From Octopus vulgaris (lineage: Eukaryota), in NCBI GenBank assembly GCA_951406725.2, contig OX597840.1, forward strand, positions 24,614,001 through 24,678,000: a DNA stretch of 64,000 bases, read 5' to 3'. The position numbers and the translations under genes are program-made. The notes under the pieces are model-generated. The model did not search any database. It saw only the letters and a list, made by a program, of their open reading frames with translations, and had not been told where the DNA came from. How positions within the stretch are numbered: the stretch's first letter is position 1; each line of letters begins with the position of its first letter. Below, in pieces: positions 20,946-33,606 of the stretch.

Positions 20946-21176
20946 TGCGACGATTTCATCTCAATCGAAGGAGAGGAGCTTTCTCCGTCCGGGTTGCAGA
21001 TCCGTGGAATAAGCTGCCAGACGAGATAGTGAAGATGCCGACGACCGCTCGGTTCAAAGTCTCTCTTGACCAGAAATGGCCTGAACTCTTTGCATCAACA
21101 CTCTCCCTGTACATAACTCCATGTCCCCCTACACGGCCTTGCTTTTTGCTTTTTGAGCCAAAAAATTAACTTAACT
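20946..21176 (+). mobile_element. CR1-like LINE 3' fragment inserted in the ZNF-2 5' UTR
   Basis: Translates as RRFHLNRRRGAFSVRVADPWNKLPDEIV...FKVSLD with a (taac) tail. TSD atctc at 20941-20945 and 21177-21181; the empty site is seen in the paralogs near 46165 and 56790. Confidence 0.85.
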
Positions 21177-21585
21177 ATCTCATGGGATTCTGTTTATGTG
21201 TAGGAAATATTCAATGCAGATATATTTTCTACACAACACTTGGAATATTTGTTGCTGGTTGAGGCATATCCGAGTGGCACACATATTGTAGAAAAAAAAA
21301 TTCTGTATTGTGGACAGGAGTGGACTGAGCAGTCGGTCAATTGGGCACTGCCTGAGGGCCCTTAATACTCTCAGTCTTCCCTGATTGTGGATTTAGTTAA
21401 TAGATGTCATGTAGGCTACAAACATAGAGAGAGCATCCATAAATAATTGGTGGCATGTGCTCAGGTGGAATCGGAAATTTCGTACGACAAGTTGTAACAG
21501 AACATTCAGCACAACTGTAAAGGAAAGAAATATAAAATAGATGAACGGGAGAAATACGTGTGTATGCATGTTTATACATAAATAT

Positions 21586-22028
21586 AAGGGGTGACATGGA
21601 GGGGTGGTACCTTCGATGGGGGAAACCACGTAATACTCTTAGGCTCACACACTTGTGGCTCCAAGTATGTGCATGCATGCAACGGCAACCACAACTCGGT
21701 AAACTGTTTCGAGGTGAGGGTGATGGAACTGTTAAGTGACTCTTGGTGAGGGTGAGGGCTTGCATGTGAAAAATAGATCCGGCGGACATTGCCGAAGAAG
21801 CCTTCATGGTTGAACGTAGAGGAAGGCAGTATAAGCAACACACACACCGTCTCCATCCCCCGATCGTTTTGGCCTGGTCTTGCTACAGGATTGAACGTGG
21901 TTCGTGGACGAGAGAATGAGGATCATCGTGCGCAAGTGTTTCTCACTCGAAAGAAAACCCACCGCGCAAGTCCTCAGTCACCCTTCACTTAGAAATCACT
22001 CGATCTGACGGACGAACGTATTCAAAGC
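21586..22028. mobile_element. Unclassified GC-rich insertion
   Basis: Absent at the homologous position of the paralog (~45830) and flanked by the direct repeat cataaata. Confidence 0.55.
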
Positions 22029-22114
22029 ATAAATACACACACAACCATATATAGCATAAACGTTTACAATGTGCTTTGTGATGCTAATACAAATAACACG
22101 TGCTTTAGATATTT

Positions 22115-22397
22115 GGCGATCTTTCGTCTCTAGTAGACCTTTCCGTCGATTTCCGTAAAAAACATTTTTTTTTTTTTTTACATATGGGCTTGCGGGAACT
22201 TTTGAAGTTCACACACATACACACTTGTACATCAATGCTTCCCATGCAGGGTAACTTCAAAAGAACTTCCCTCGTCATACAATCGCTTTCTCTTCGCTCT
22301 CATTACTTCAAAAGTTCCCGCAAGCCCATATGTAAAAAAAAAAAAATGTTTTTTTACGGAAATCGACGGAAAGGTCTACTAGAGACGAAAGATCTCC
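22115..22397. mobile_element. Merlin-type MITE (GGCGATC family)
   Basis: ~90-bp near-perfect TIRs and an 8-bp TSD agatattt (22107-22114 and 22398-22405). Confidence 0.9.
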
Positions 22398-22578
22398 AGA
22401 TATTTAAATGTTATCCTAAAAGTTGAAGAAGAGTAAAGAAAGAAAATTAATTAGTTATTATTTGCCGGTTAAAACATATTTCAGGTGTTCTGTAAAGGGA
22501 GGAGAACAACCAATTAACGATCTAACGAAAATTAATTAATCATCGGCCGTTCACCTTAACTACGCAGAAATATAACGA

Positions 22579-22685
22579 AATTACCTGAAATATACTAATT
22601 TAGTCAGGTTCTTCATAATTTTCCTCCTGTCTCAGTGATACTGCCGGTGATGTAAGTTAAATGTTCCTAACATAATTTAATACTG
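22579..22685 (-). promoter_or_regulatory. Conserved non-coding block ending in AG|GTAATT (candidate upstream exon of ZNF-2)
   Basis: Homologous to 42517-42620 (-) and 54855-54949 (+), each ~1.7-1.9 kb upstream of a paralog ATG. Confidence 0.6.
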
Positions 22686-22799
22686 CCCGAACCTTTTCAA
22701 GACGATGCTAAGCCAAAGATACATCGCTTAACAAAATAAAGATTGCGATGATATTTGACAGAAAACGGAGTAATTGGAATTAGGAACAGTAATAATCCT

Positions 22800-23355
22800 T
22801 TCTACTCTAGGCACAAGGCCTGAAATTTTTGGGGAGGGAACTAGTCGATTACATCGACCCTAGTGCGTAACTGGTACTTAATTTATCGACTCCGAAAGGA
22901 TGAAAGGCAAAGTAGACCTCGGCGGAATTTGAACTCAGAACATAGCGGCAGACGAAATACCTATTTCTTTATTACCCACAAGGGGCTAAACATAGAGGGG
23001 ACAGACAAACGGATTAAGTCGATTACCTCGACCCCACTTCGTAACTGGTACTTATTTAATCGACCCCGAAAGGATGAAAGGCAAAGTCGACCTCGGCGGA
23101 ATTTGAACTCAGAACATAGCGGCAGACGAAATACCTATTTCTTTATTACCCACAAGGGGCTAAACATAGAGGGGACAGACAAACGGATTAAGTCGATTAC
23201 CTCGACCCCAGTGCGTAATTGGTACTTATTTAATCGACCCCGAAAGGATGAAAGGCAAAGTCGACCTCGGCGGAATTTGAACACTGAACGTAGCGGCAGA
23301 CGAAATGCGGCTACGCATTTCGCCCGGCGTGCTAACGGTTCTGCCAGCTCGCCGA
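22800..23355 (-). repeat. Family B SINE trimer
   Basis: One head at ~23355, with gaaatacctatttc junctions at ~22955 and ~23128. Confidence 0.85.
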
Positions 23356-23577
23356 ACATACAAAAGTTAACTTGGCTTTCCTGAAACGAATTAGTAAAGT
23401 CCTCGAAATAGGTAAACCACGCTTTCATCATTTGTTTCTCTGGATTTTGATTTCTGTTTTGCATTTAAGGCATTCAAAATGTGCAAAAATACATAATTAA
23501 CAGATAACTTCCATGAAGTGAACATAGAAATACCTAAAAGCCGCTTATTAAATGTCATTAAATGGAAAGAAATTTAA

Positions 23578-23885
23578 CCCCTTACCCGGCTGAAACGAAT
23601 ATATGCGTTTTGACCGAAATCGTTTTTTTCTATCTCTGGCGAGTTAACTCGTCAAAAGATAGACTCGCCAAAATCGACAGCAAACGAGTTCCTTCGTCTA
23701 AAAACGGGTTAACTCGTTTCGGCCCAAAGCGGTAATTTAAAATCAATATTATTGAATTAAAATTCATAATAAATAAGGTTTGAAATATACCTCGAAATCA
23801 CCATTCAAAACATAGTAAAATAAAACAATTAAAAAATATGTCTGAAAAAATACATTTATTTTCAAAATAATTGTTGGATAAGGGG
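23578..23885. mobile_element. piggyBac-type MITE (second family)
   Basis: TTAA|ccccttaccc...ggataagggg|TTAA. Confidence 0.75.
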
Positions 23886-24242
23886 TTAATATCCTCTTTA
23901 GTTTCGAAGTTCTTTGTGTTGTATTGATATTTTCTTTCCATTTTTATTTTTGGATATTGGGGTTAATAGATTCGTGCAGTTTAGTTATTATTGGAATTAA
24001 TAAATGTTTTATAACTACTTCAGTTCCCATTTTATTTTTATGACTCTTAAAGGATTGGTTTCTTTTTCTGGTAATAATTCCAAAAGGAGAGCTTGGTAAA
24101 AAAAAATTGATTTTTCCTGTTTGGCTGTCATGATTTCAAAAATCAAAGTTTATTGAAAATTTCGAAATTTGATACATTAATGTAGTTTTCCAAGCTAAAT
24201 TGCTGGAGATATTTCACTTTTTACAGAAATTTTTTTAAAAAA

Positions 24243-24606
24243 AGGAGTGGCTGTGTGGTAAGTAGCTTGCTAACCAACCACATGGTTCCGGGTTCAGTCC
24301 CACTGCGTGGCACCTTGGGCAAGTGTCTTCTACTATAGCCTCAGGCCAACCAAAGCTTTGTGAGTGGATTTGGTTGTCAAGCAATGCTAGGGGGACAAAC
24401 ACAGACACACAAACACACACACACATATATTTATATATATATACATGTATACGACAGGCTTCTTTCAGTTTCCGTCTACCAAATCCACTCACAAGGCATT
24501 GGTCGGCCCGGGGCTATAGCAGAAGACACTTGCCCAAGATGCCACGCAGTGGGACTGAACCCGCAACCATGTGGTTGGTTAGCAAGCTACTTACCACACA
24601 GCCACT
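24243..24606. mobile_element. Foldback chimera of two family A SINE heads
   Basis: A + head (24243-24374) is fused at ggt to a - copy, giving ~130-bp inverted arms. Confidence 0.8.
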
Positions 24607-24719
24607 TTTTGGAATTTTCAGAAAATATTTGCGAATTTGTATTCTAGTGTGATTTAAGGTCTATTTAGCTGTTATTTTTAGCACACCTCAATGACCAAAA
24701 AGAAAAACAATCTATTACT

Positions 24720-25290
24720 TGAAGGTAAATGACTCAGTGGTTAGAGTGTTGAGCTGACGATAGTGACATTGTGAGTTTGGTTCCTGGACTGGACTGTGTG
24801 TTGTGTTCTTGAGCAAGTTTCTTTATTTCAAGTTGCTCCAGTTCATTCAGCTGTAGAAATGAATTGCAATGTCCCTGGGGCCAAGCTGTATCGGCCCCTT
24901 TGCCTTTTCTCTTGGATAACATCAGTGGCATGGAGAGGGGAGGCTGCTATGCATGGGTGACTGCTGGTCTTCCCTAAACAACCTATTTCTTTACTACCCA
25001 CAAGGGGCTAAACATAGAGAGGACAAACATGGACAGACATAGGTATTAAGTCGATTATATCGACCCCAGTGCTTAACTGGTACTTAATTTATCGACCCCG
25101 AAAGGATGAAAGGCAAAGTCGACCTCGGCGGAATTTGAACTCACAACGTAATGGCAGCCGAAATACCGCTAAGCATTTCGCCCGACGTGCTAACGATTCT
25201 GCCTAAACAACCTTGCTCGGACTTGTGCCTCAGAGGGGAACATTCTAGGTGCAATCCCATGGTCATTCATGACCGAAGGGGGTCTACCCT
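24720..25290 (+). mobile_element. tRNA/CORE-like SINE (family C) with a nested family B SINE (24985-25202, -)
   Basis: Homologous to 56129-56472. The nested copy has an 11-bp TSD ctaaacaacct. Confidence 0.8.
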
Positions 25291-25524
25291 TTACCCTATG
25301 TACATATAATGGTGTGGAGAGAAGATGCTGGTATGCGAGGGTGACTGCTGGTCTTCCATAAAAACAACCGTTCCCAGACTTGTGCTTCAGAGGGTAACTT
25401 TCTAGATACAATCCCATGGTGATTGAGGATCAAGGGGTGGGGTCTTTACCTTTACCTTTTGTTACCTGTAATATAAACCAACTCCGAAAAAGAGCACTTT
25501 ACTTCAGAGATTATTTCTGATTGC

Positions 25525-26935
25525 TTACTCTTTACTCTTTTACTTGTTTCAGTCATTTGACTGCAGCCATGCTGGAGCACCACCTTTTTAATCGAGCAAA
25601 TCGACCCCGGGACTTATTCTTTTATAAGCCCAGTACTTATTCTATCGGTCTCTTTTGCCGAACCGCTAAGTAACGGGAACGTAAACACACCAGCATCGGT
25701 TGTCAAGCAATGCTAAGGGGACAAACACACACACACGCATATATCATCATCATCATCGTTTAACGTCCGTTTTCCACGCTAGCATGGGTTGGATGGTTCG
25801 ACCGGGGTCTGGGAAGCCAGGGCTGCACCAGGCTCCAGTCTGATCTGGCAGTGTTTCCATATATACATATAGAGGCGCAATGGCCTAGTGGTTAGGGCAG
25901 CGGACTCGCGGTCGCAGGATCGCGGTTTCGATTCTCAGACCGGGCGTTGTGTGTGTTTATTGAGCGAAAACACCTAAAAGCTCTACGAGGCTCCGGCAGG
26001 GGGTGGTGATCCCTGCTGTACTCTTTCACCACAATGGCGGTGCCCCAGCATGGCCACAGCTCAAGAGCTGAAACTGGAAAAACAAAACAAAAAACAAACA
26101 AAACAATACGACGGGCTTCTTTTCAGTTTCCGTCTACCAAATCAACTCACAAGGCTTTGGTCGGCCCGAGGCTATAGCAGAAGACACTTGCCCAAGGTGC
26201 CATGCAGTGGGACTGAACCCAGCACCATGTGGTTGGTAAACAAGCTACTTACCACACAGCCACTCCTGCGACCAATTTTTCCGTTGTGAAGCACTTATCT
26301 TTTACCTTTTACATGCTTCGGTCATTAGACAGCAGCCATGCTGGAGCACAGCCTTGAACTTTTAGGCAAATGAATGAATCGACACTCGTACTTCTTTTTT
26401 AAGCTTGGTACTTATTCTATCAGTCGCGTTTGCTGAACCACTAAGTTACAGGGATGCACACAGCAACACTGGTTGTCAAGCGGTGGTAGGGGACAAATAC
26501 AGACACAAAGACGCATGTACACACACATACATATAAAATATATGACAGGCTTCTTGCAGTTTCCACCTACCAAATTCACTCACAAGGCTTCAGTTGGCTC
26601 AAGACACTTGCCCAAGGTACCACTCAGTGGGACTGAACCCAGGACCATGTGGTTGGGAAGCAAACTTCTTACTACACAGCCACTCCTGCGCATATATATA
26701 TATATCATCATCATCATCATCGTTTAACGTCCACTTTCCATGCTGGCATGGGTTGGACGATTTGACTGAGGACTGGTGAACCAGATGGCTGCACCAGGCT
26801 CCAGTCTTGATCTGGCAGAGTTTCTACAGCTGGATGCCCTTCCTAATGCCAACCACTCCGAGAGTATAGTGGGTGCTTTTACATATCACCAGCATGAGGG
26901 CCAGTCAGGTGGTACTGGCAACAACCTCGCTCAAA
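25525..26935. mobile_element. Nested pile of family A, D and E retroposons
   Basis: A family A (-) copy is interrupted by a family E tail and a family D head (25872-26035), followed by an older family A copy and a family E (-) copy. Confidence 0.7.
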
Positions 26936-27499
26936 TGTTTTTTTCGGGAAAAATAAATAAGTAAATGAGTAGAAACTTTACCGGTGAATGTGTTAAATAA
27001 TAAAGGCACTAAAAGAGAATGACTCTCCCCAGACACAACAAAATATGCTTCAACACACGGACTCACATAAAGAATCTTGCAAACCAAATCCAAAAATGAA
27101 ATAAAATAGGAAGAAATAATTACAAAAGTTAAAAAAACGATGACATTAAGTTTTTCATTTTTATTAATGAAATTAATTTTATTAATTATAGTTTGATGAA
27201 ATTACATTAAATTTCAGTCTTGGTAGTTAGAAAAGATAATTTATTATTGTTGCTTGTAAGCTCCTAGAGAGCCCCAGTTTCTAAGAACACCAATCATCGA
27301 AGGCGTTCCATTGCAGACAATTCTAACCGTTATTCATGGATGGTGTATAAAGGACATTATCTGATACATCTAACCTTTCTTATGGATGAAAAAGTTCAAA
27401 ATTAAAAATTGGGGAAGGGGTGAAATTTGTGTTCTTTATTGAACTTTATAACATTATTTATTAAACATTGTTTTTTCTCATAAAATGGTGTATGATTAA

Positions 27500-28084
27500 C
27501 CTTTTTGATACCAACCCTGGCTAAAACCGCCTCTGGCTCTGTAGTACAAATGCCTTGTTTTTAAAAGTTCTGAATTAAAATCTTTCAACAAACCTTAGTC
27601 ATTCCTAACAAACCCTTTTGATACCAACCTGGCTGAAATCACCTCTGGCTCTGAGTACAAATGTCTTGTTTTCATAAGTTCTGAATTAAAATCTTCCACC
27701 AAGCCTTAGTCACATTTTATGTTCCTAACACCGGCTTAATGATAACTAAGTTATTTTACTAAATTCTTTGTTATATTTAAAATTAATTGAAAGAAACACA
27801 GTGTCTCAACAAAAATATGGTAACAAAAGGGTTAAAATATATAATAGAGAAACAATTCTTAACCCTTTTGATACCAACCTGGCTGAAACCGGCTCTGGCT
27901 CTGTGGTACAAATGCCTTGTTTTTAAAAGTTCTGAATTAAAATCTTTCAACAAACCTTAGTCACAATTTGTATTCCTAACACTAGCTTAATGATAACTAA
28001 GTTATTTTACTAAATTCTTTGTTATATTTAAAATTAATTGAAAGAAACACAGAGCATCTCAACAGAAATATGGTAACAAAAGGG
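27500..28084. mobile_element. Two adjacent piggyBac-type MITEs (27500-27831 with internal duplication; 27863-28084)
   Basis: TTAA|cc(c/t)ttttgatacc...ggtaacaaaaggg|TTAA; same family as 8244-8470. Confidence 0.85.
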
Positions 28085-28605
28085 TTAAGGCAATAAAATG
28101 GATTATGATTAAGGGCAAACTCAAGTAAAACACAGATTCTTTTCACTTTAATGTTTTTGTATTTAATTTCGATTTGCATATGTTCGTAAATTCGCTACAA
28201 TTTCTTTAAAGTAAGCAAAATAAAAAATGTTAATGGGTGGGGTGGGGGTTGCATATTCATAATTTCCGATATCTAAAACGTAGGAATCTGAAAAAAAAAA
28301 AGGAGGGGTGTGAAACTGCATTAGCCTAACCCCTCTGTCTGTAACTCCTTTGCTCCCTCTCACATCTGGTTGTTACTTATCCTATGTGGTGAATGATCAC
28401 ACAAGACAGTTTAGCTACAGTTGATGTTTTGTAAAAGATGTCAAGGATATTGTTGCATGAATTATGAGGGAATTTGTGGTCTTTTCCATCAGGGCACCCT
28501 TTCGGATTGTTCCAAAAGGAATGTGGTCAATACTCTCATCGGCTTTATCATGTATCTGAGAATTTATTTTCTTCTTTGCTGAATGCTTCCATTATGGTGA
28601 TGCTT

Positions 28606-28975
28606 TGTTGAGCGAAGTGGTCTTCGTCCCGTCTGTAGTGGGAGAAGTCCGAAATGTGGTCCTTTGCTATTCGTAAGACCCGCAGAAGAGAAAGCAGGTC
28701 AACCCCCGACACCGAGAGCATCGACGGATGGATGAATGCGCATCCAGGCTCGGTGGTTGTGTAGGAAGTCGGGGGACAAGAAACAGGAAGAAAGAGTGAG
28801 AGAAAGTTGGAGCAAAAGAGTACAACAGGGGTCGCCACCTCCCCCTGCCGGAGCCTCGTGGAGCTTTAGGTGTTTTCACTCAATAAACACACACAACGCC
28901 CAGTCTGGGAATCGAAACCACGATCCTCCGACCGCGAGTCCGCTGCCCTAACCACTGGGCCATTGCGCCTCCACT
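28606..28975 (-). mobile_element. tRNA-derived SINE family D (ggaggcgcaatggcccagtggttagggcagcgg head)
   Basis: Clear A and B boxes; 11-bp TSD tggtgatgctt (28595-28605 and 28976-28986). Confidence 0.85.
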
Positions 28976-29524
28976 TGGTGATGCTTCCGATGGCTCCGTA
29001 GACCAATTCTTGCAAAGAGTTGATGGCATTGCCTGCACGGCAATGTTGGTGGAGGGCAAAGTTGATTTTGTCAAGCTTTTCTCTTCTGTCATTTGAGTCC
29101 TTCCTTTTCTCTTCAGGTAGCTTCAAGGCTTTTGGTTCCGATGGTGATGGAACACCGTCACTTGGTACAGCTTCAGGCTTGCGTTTCAAACGATTTAAAT
29201 TCCAGTGTTGCTTGAGTTGGTTGTTGTCAGGATTTCAAAAATCAAAGTTTATTGATAATTTCGAAATTTGATATATTAATGTAGTTTTCCAAGCTAAATT
29301 GCTGGAGATATTTCACTTTTTCCAGAAATTTAAAAAAAAAAAAAGTTATAGAGGTTTAAAGTTTGATAATTTTCACCCAGTCAGGTAACAGGATTTGGAA
29401 GCTGACATTTTGTGTGTGATTGCACATTTTGTCAACATCTTGAAAATAGAATGCGGGTTTTCAGGTCATTTTCCTGAAGTTCAATCCATTCTAGCAACGT
29501 TTCACCATAGTGATAAGATACATA

Positions 29525-29822
29525 GTTACTAAAAGAGATAAGGCCGAAAATGTCGCTAGAAGCTAGGATCACCAAGCATAGATTGGCATATTTCGGTCAT
29601 ATTATGCAGAGAGAATCCCTGGAGAAGGACATTATGCTCGGAATGGTCAGTGGCAAGAGAGGAAGAGGCCGACCAAGAACCCACTGGCTTGACACCATTA
29701 AGAGTGATATCGGAATGGACATAGCCAATCTGAAAGAAGTGGCCCAGGATAGAACTGACTGGAGGACACTGATCCAACGAGTGACCGAGAGTCGACTTCG
29801 ACTGAGCAGATAGAGAGAGAGG
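29525..29822 (+). mobile_element. RTE-clade LINE 3' end (ORF C-terminus)
   Basis: RLAYFGHIMQRESLEKDIMLGMVSGKRGRGRPRTHWLDTIK...AQDRTDWR is the typical RTE/BovB-like C-terminus. It lies antisense, just after the ZNF-3 stop. Confidence 0.9.
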
Positions 29823-29860
29823 GAAAAGAGATTCTTTGACCAGATAACACAGTATCATTA

Positions 29861-31726
29861 TTACAGTCTCTCGCTAGTGTGAATTTGTGCATGTCTGGAC
29901 AAATCACCATTTTGTGAGAATGCCTCGCCACAGACATCACAGAAATAGGGTTTCTCATCTGTGTGGACAGATTTGTGGCTCCTCAAACTGCTATTTAAAG
30001 TGAACGTTTTACCACAGATATCACAGTGATAGGGTTTCTCACCTGTGTGAACACGTTTATGGCAGGATAAATGAGCGGTTTGGGAGAATGTTTTACCACA
30101 GAAATCACAGCGGAATGGTTTTTCGCCTGTGTGTATACGTTTGTGACGAGATAGAGCACCACTTTCAAAGAACGCCTTACCGCAAATATCACAAGAGTGC
30201 GATTTCTCACCTGAGTGTCTTCGTTTATGCTTGTTTAAGAAATTGTTCTGAGAAAACATTTTACCACAGATGTCGCAGTGGAACGGTTTCTCCCCCGTAT
30301 GAGTTCTTACATGGTAAAGCAAAGACGTCCTCACAGAAAACTGCTTACCACAGATATCGCAGGAGTACGATTTCTCACCTGTGTGAATACGCTTGTGGCG
30401 AGATAAATTACCAAGCTGGGAGAACTTTTCACCACAGATGTCACAATCATAGGGTTTCTCTCCCGTGTGAATACGTTTGTGGCAAGCTAAATGACCAATT
30501 TGGGAGAATGTTTTGCCACAGACATCACACCTGTACGGCTTCTTACCTGCTTTTGTAGGTTTAATTTTGTTTAACAAACTCTTCCGAGAAGAGGTTTCAT
30601 CACCGATTTCACAGTGGAATGGCTTCTCTCCTATATGAGTCCTTACATGGTAAAGTAAAGAAGTTCTCTGGGAGAAAGATTTATCACAGCTTTTACAAGA
30701 GTAAGGTTTTCCACGTGAGTGAGTACGGATGTGGTTGGATAATTGCCTTCTTTCAAAGAATATTTTACCACAGATGTCACAGTGGAATGATTTCTCTCCT
30801 GTATGATTTTTGACATGGTTGAGTAAAGATTTCCTTTCCGAAAACTGTTTACCGCACGTATCACAAGAGTGTAGCTTCTCACCGATGTGAGTACGTTTGT
30901 GGCGAGACAAATTGCTACGCTGGGAGAACTTTTCACCGCAGATATCACAACCGTAGGGTTTCTCTCCCGTGTGAATACGTATGTGACAAGACAATGCACT
31001 GCTCTCAAAGAAAGCCTTTCCACAGATATCACAAGAGTACGATCTTTCGCCTGCATGTCTACGCTGATGCCTGTTTAACAAACTGTTCTGAGAAAACGTT
31101 TTGCCGCAGATATCACAGTGGAATGGCTTCTCAACTGCATGAGTATGTTCATGTTGAGATAAGGCACTGCGTGCAAAGAATGCTCTGCAACAGATCTTAC
31201 ATTGGAATGGTTTTTCACCTGAATGAATAAGTTTGTGTTTAGCTAAGGCACTACTTTCAGGAAATACTTTATCACAAAATTCACAGGGGAACTGTTTCCC
31301 TCTTGTATGAACATTTTTATGGTAAAGTAAAGAATGTCTTTGAGAGAATGCTTTGCCACAGATATCACAACAGTAAGGTTTCTCACCTGTGTGAGTGCGT
31401 ATGTGGCATGTTAAATTACCAATGTGAGAGAACATTTTACCGCAGACATCACAGGTGAACGGTTTCTCACCTGTGTGAGTACGTTCATGGGTAGATAATT
31501 GTCCCCTTAGTAAGAATGCTTTGCCACAGATATCACATTCATGCGGCTTTTTCCCTGTGTGAATTAATTTATGCCGATCTAAGTTTTTTTTCATCGCGAA
31601 CATCTTTCCGCAAATGTTACAGGGATGCGATTTTTTCCCCGTCTCTTCTTGAGGCTGCTGCAATACATCGTTATCTCCAGGTTGGGTTTCGTTACAGACC
31701 TGGCTTTCACACAGTTTCTCATCCAT
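29861..31726 (-). CDS. C2H2 zinc-finger protein ZNF-3 (621 aa; 21 repeats, the 13th degenerate)
   Basis: Tandem fingers with a distinct leader, MDEKLCESQ. Predicted acceptor tgtttttcAG at 32855/32854 and upstream donor TCG|GTAAGT at 34643/34642. Confidence 0.95.
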   Translation of the reverse strand: MDEKLCESQVCNETQPGDNDVLQQPQEETGKKSHPCNICGKMFAMKKNLDRHKLIHTGKKPHECDICGKAFLLRGQLSTHERTHTGEKPFTCDVCGKMFSHIGNLTCHIRTHTGEKPYCCDICGKAFSQRHSLLYHKNVHTRGKQFPCEFCDKVFPESSALAKHKLIHSGEKPFQCKICCRAFFARSALSQHEHTHAVEKPFHCDICGKTFSQNSLLNRHQRRHAGERSYSCDICGKAFFESSALSCHIRIHTGEKPYGCDICGEKFSQRSNLSRHKRTHIGEKLHSCDTCGKQFSERKSLLNHVKNHTGEKSFHCDICGKIFFERRQLSNHIRTHSRGKPYSCKSCDKSFSQRTSLLYHVRTHIGEKPFHCEIGDETSSRKSLLNKIKPTKAGKKPYRCDVCGKTFSQIGHLACHKRIHTGEKPYDCDICGEKFSQLGNLSRHKRIHTGEKSYSCDICGKQFSVRTSLLYHVRTHTGEKPFHCDICGKMFSQNNFLNKHKRRHSGEKSHSCDICGKAFFESGALSRHKRIHTGEKPFRCDFCGKTFSQTAHLSCHKRVHTGEKPYHCDICGKTFTLNSSLRSHKSVHTDEKPYFCDVCGEAFSQNGDLSRHAQIHTSERL

Positions 31727-31864
31727 AATTTCTTCTCTTAATCACAGAACAATGCAAACATATGTTGCTTTTTTTTACTTTGTAATTTATAATAAAGACA
31801 GATTTCAATTAATATTTCAAATAAATATTGTTTCCTCAAACAGTGTTAATAAATTCTGAAAATA

Positions 31865-32430
31865 TCATCATCATCATCATCATCATCATCGTTTAACGTC
31901 TGCTTTCCATGCTAGCATGGGTTGGACGGTTTTGGCTGAGGGCTGGCGAACCAGACGGCTGCACCAGGCTTCAATCTTGATCTGGCAGAGTTTCTACAGC
32001 TGGATGCCCTTCCTAACACCAACCACTCCGAGAGTACAGTGGGTGCTTTTACGTGCCACCGGCAGTACTGGCAACAACCTTGCTCAAATCTTTTACTCAT
32101 CCCACCGGCACAGGAGCCAGTAAGGCAACGCTGGTAACGATCACACTCGAATGGTGTCTTTTACTGGCCACCGGCACGGAGGCCAGATAGCCGCTCTGGC
32201 AACGATCACGCTCGGATGGTGCTCTTAATACCCTACTAGCACCGGGGCTCGAGTGCCAGTAAGGCGACGCTGGTAACGATCATGCTCGAATGGTGCCTTT
32301 TAGGTGCCACTGGCACTGAAGCCAGTTAGCCGCTGTCAATGATCACACTCATATGGTGCTCTTTGCACCCTGCTAGCAAGGACGCCAGTCATCGAATTTG
32401 ATTTTGATTATGTATCCCGAATTTGATTTT
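31865..32430 (-). mobile_element. Family E GAT-tailed retroposon with subrepeats, in the ZNF-3 5' region
   Basis: (cat)n start and reverse-complement match to 10530-10915. Confidence 0.75.
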
Positions 32431-33606
32431 GATATATATCCCGAAAAGAAATTATTTTAAGATTCTTCATTTAGATAGAATCCCTTTGCTGGATTCAATC
32501 CATGAATGAGAAAACATCACAAATAAAAGATCTTTAAGCTGGCTCCACTTGTAACAATCCAACAATGAAACATGTTTCACAGAATGGAAGACATGTGAAC
32601 AGGATGAGTCATAGTAAAGTTTCCAATTGTCTTCAACACACAAACTCATCTGGTAAACATTTTTGCAACTTTGCACAAAATATTTGAAGTTAATATTGAT
32701 TCAGAGAGATATTTCACAGTAATTTAATCAACATTATAGTTATGTATAGTGACGCGTCTTCTTCATGATATCATTCTTCAGTCTTTAAACAGATTTCTTG
32801 CAATGTCCTGGGAGAGAGAGAGAGAGGTTTCCCTTGTAATGCCATCACAAACCCTGAAAAACACAAAAAAATATATGTAAAACACAATTAATATGTAAAT
32901 AGAAAAGATATTAAAGACAAATATCTTGGTCAAAATGTACAGTAAGTTAAAATATATACAGTATCATAAATTAATGATACAGACATGCAAAAATGAAAAA
33001 TGGAAACTTTCAGGGATGTTTGGCATGACTGGCATGAACTGATTAGGTTTTGGGATCAATCTGGTACCTGACAAGGATTCTGGATTATTTTTCCTGCTTT
33101 GTATTTAATTTTTGAGAGCGGTCAGGTTCATTTTTAGTATTGTAATTTGTGAGAGCAGTTGAGTTTAATTCAGAAATTCTCATTTTAAAAATCATCTCTG
33201 GCTAATCATTGAGAGGACATTGGTGTTGACTTGGCGGAGGTTTGCTCTCTGAGTGCTCTTGTTGGAATTAAGACACTTATCACTTCTGTCAATGGAACTT
33301 GCCAATGTTTATCTATATTCTATATTAGCATCAGCGGTTACAGTAGGATAGGTGCTACTTTAGCGAGCAGTCTACCAGGCCATTCATACTTTTGTGAACA
33401 GTCTAACTCTAAACCCTAACACAGATCAGGTCATTTCACAGTATAGACTACTGTTGTGGACTGTACACTAACGCAGAACCGAACGACGATAATGATACTG
33501 CTGACAACTTTACGCTAATGACCACACAAGGATTGGTTGGGTCTAGACTGAAACACTTTTAATCAGGCGTTTGCAGATCGAATAACAACTGCTTATTGAT
33601 TTGTGA

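Noticed and set aside
21592-22024. Solo LTR interpretation (TG...CA ends)
   Set aside because: There is no matching 4-6 bp TSD at those ends; the only flanking direct repeat (cataaata) implies different boundaries.
29995-31728. Alternative-frame and antisense ORFs overlapping ZNF genes (also within ZNF-2, 4, 5 and 6)
   Set aside because: By-products of the 84-bp periodic coding sequence with no independent signal.
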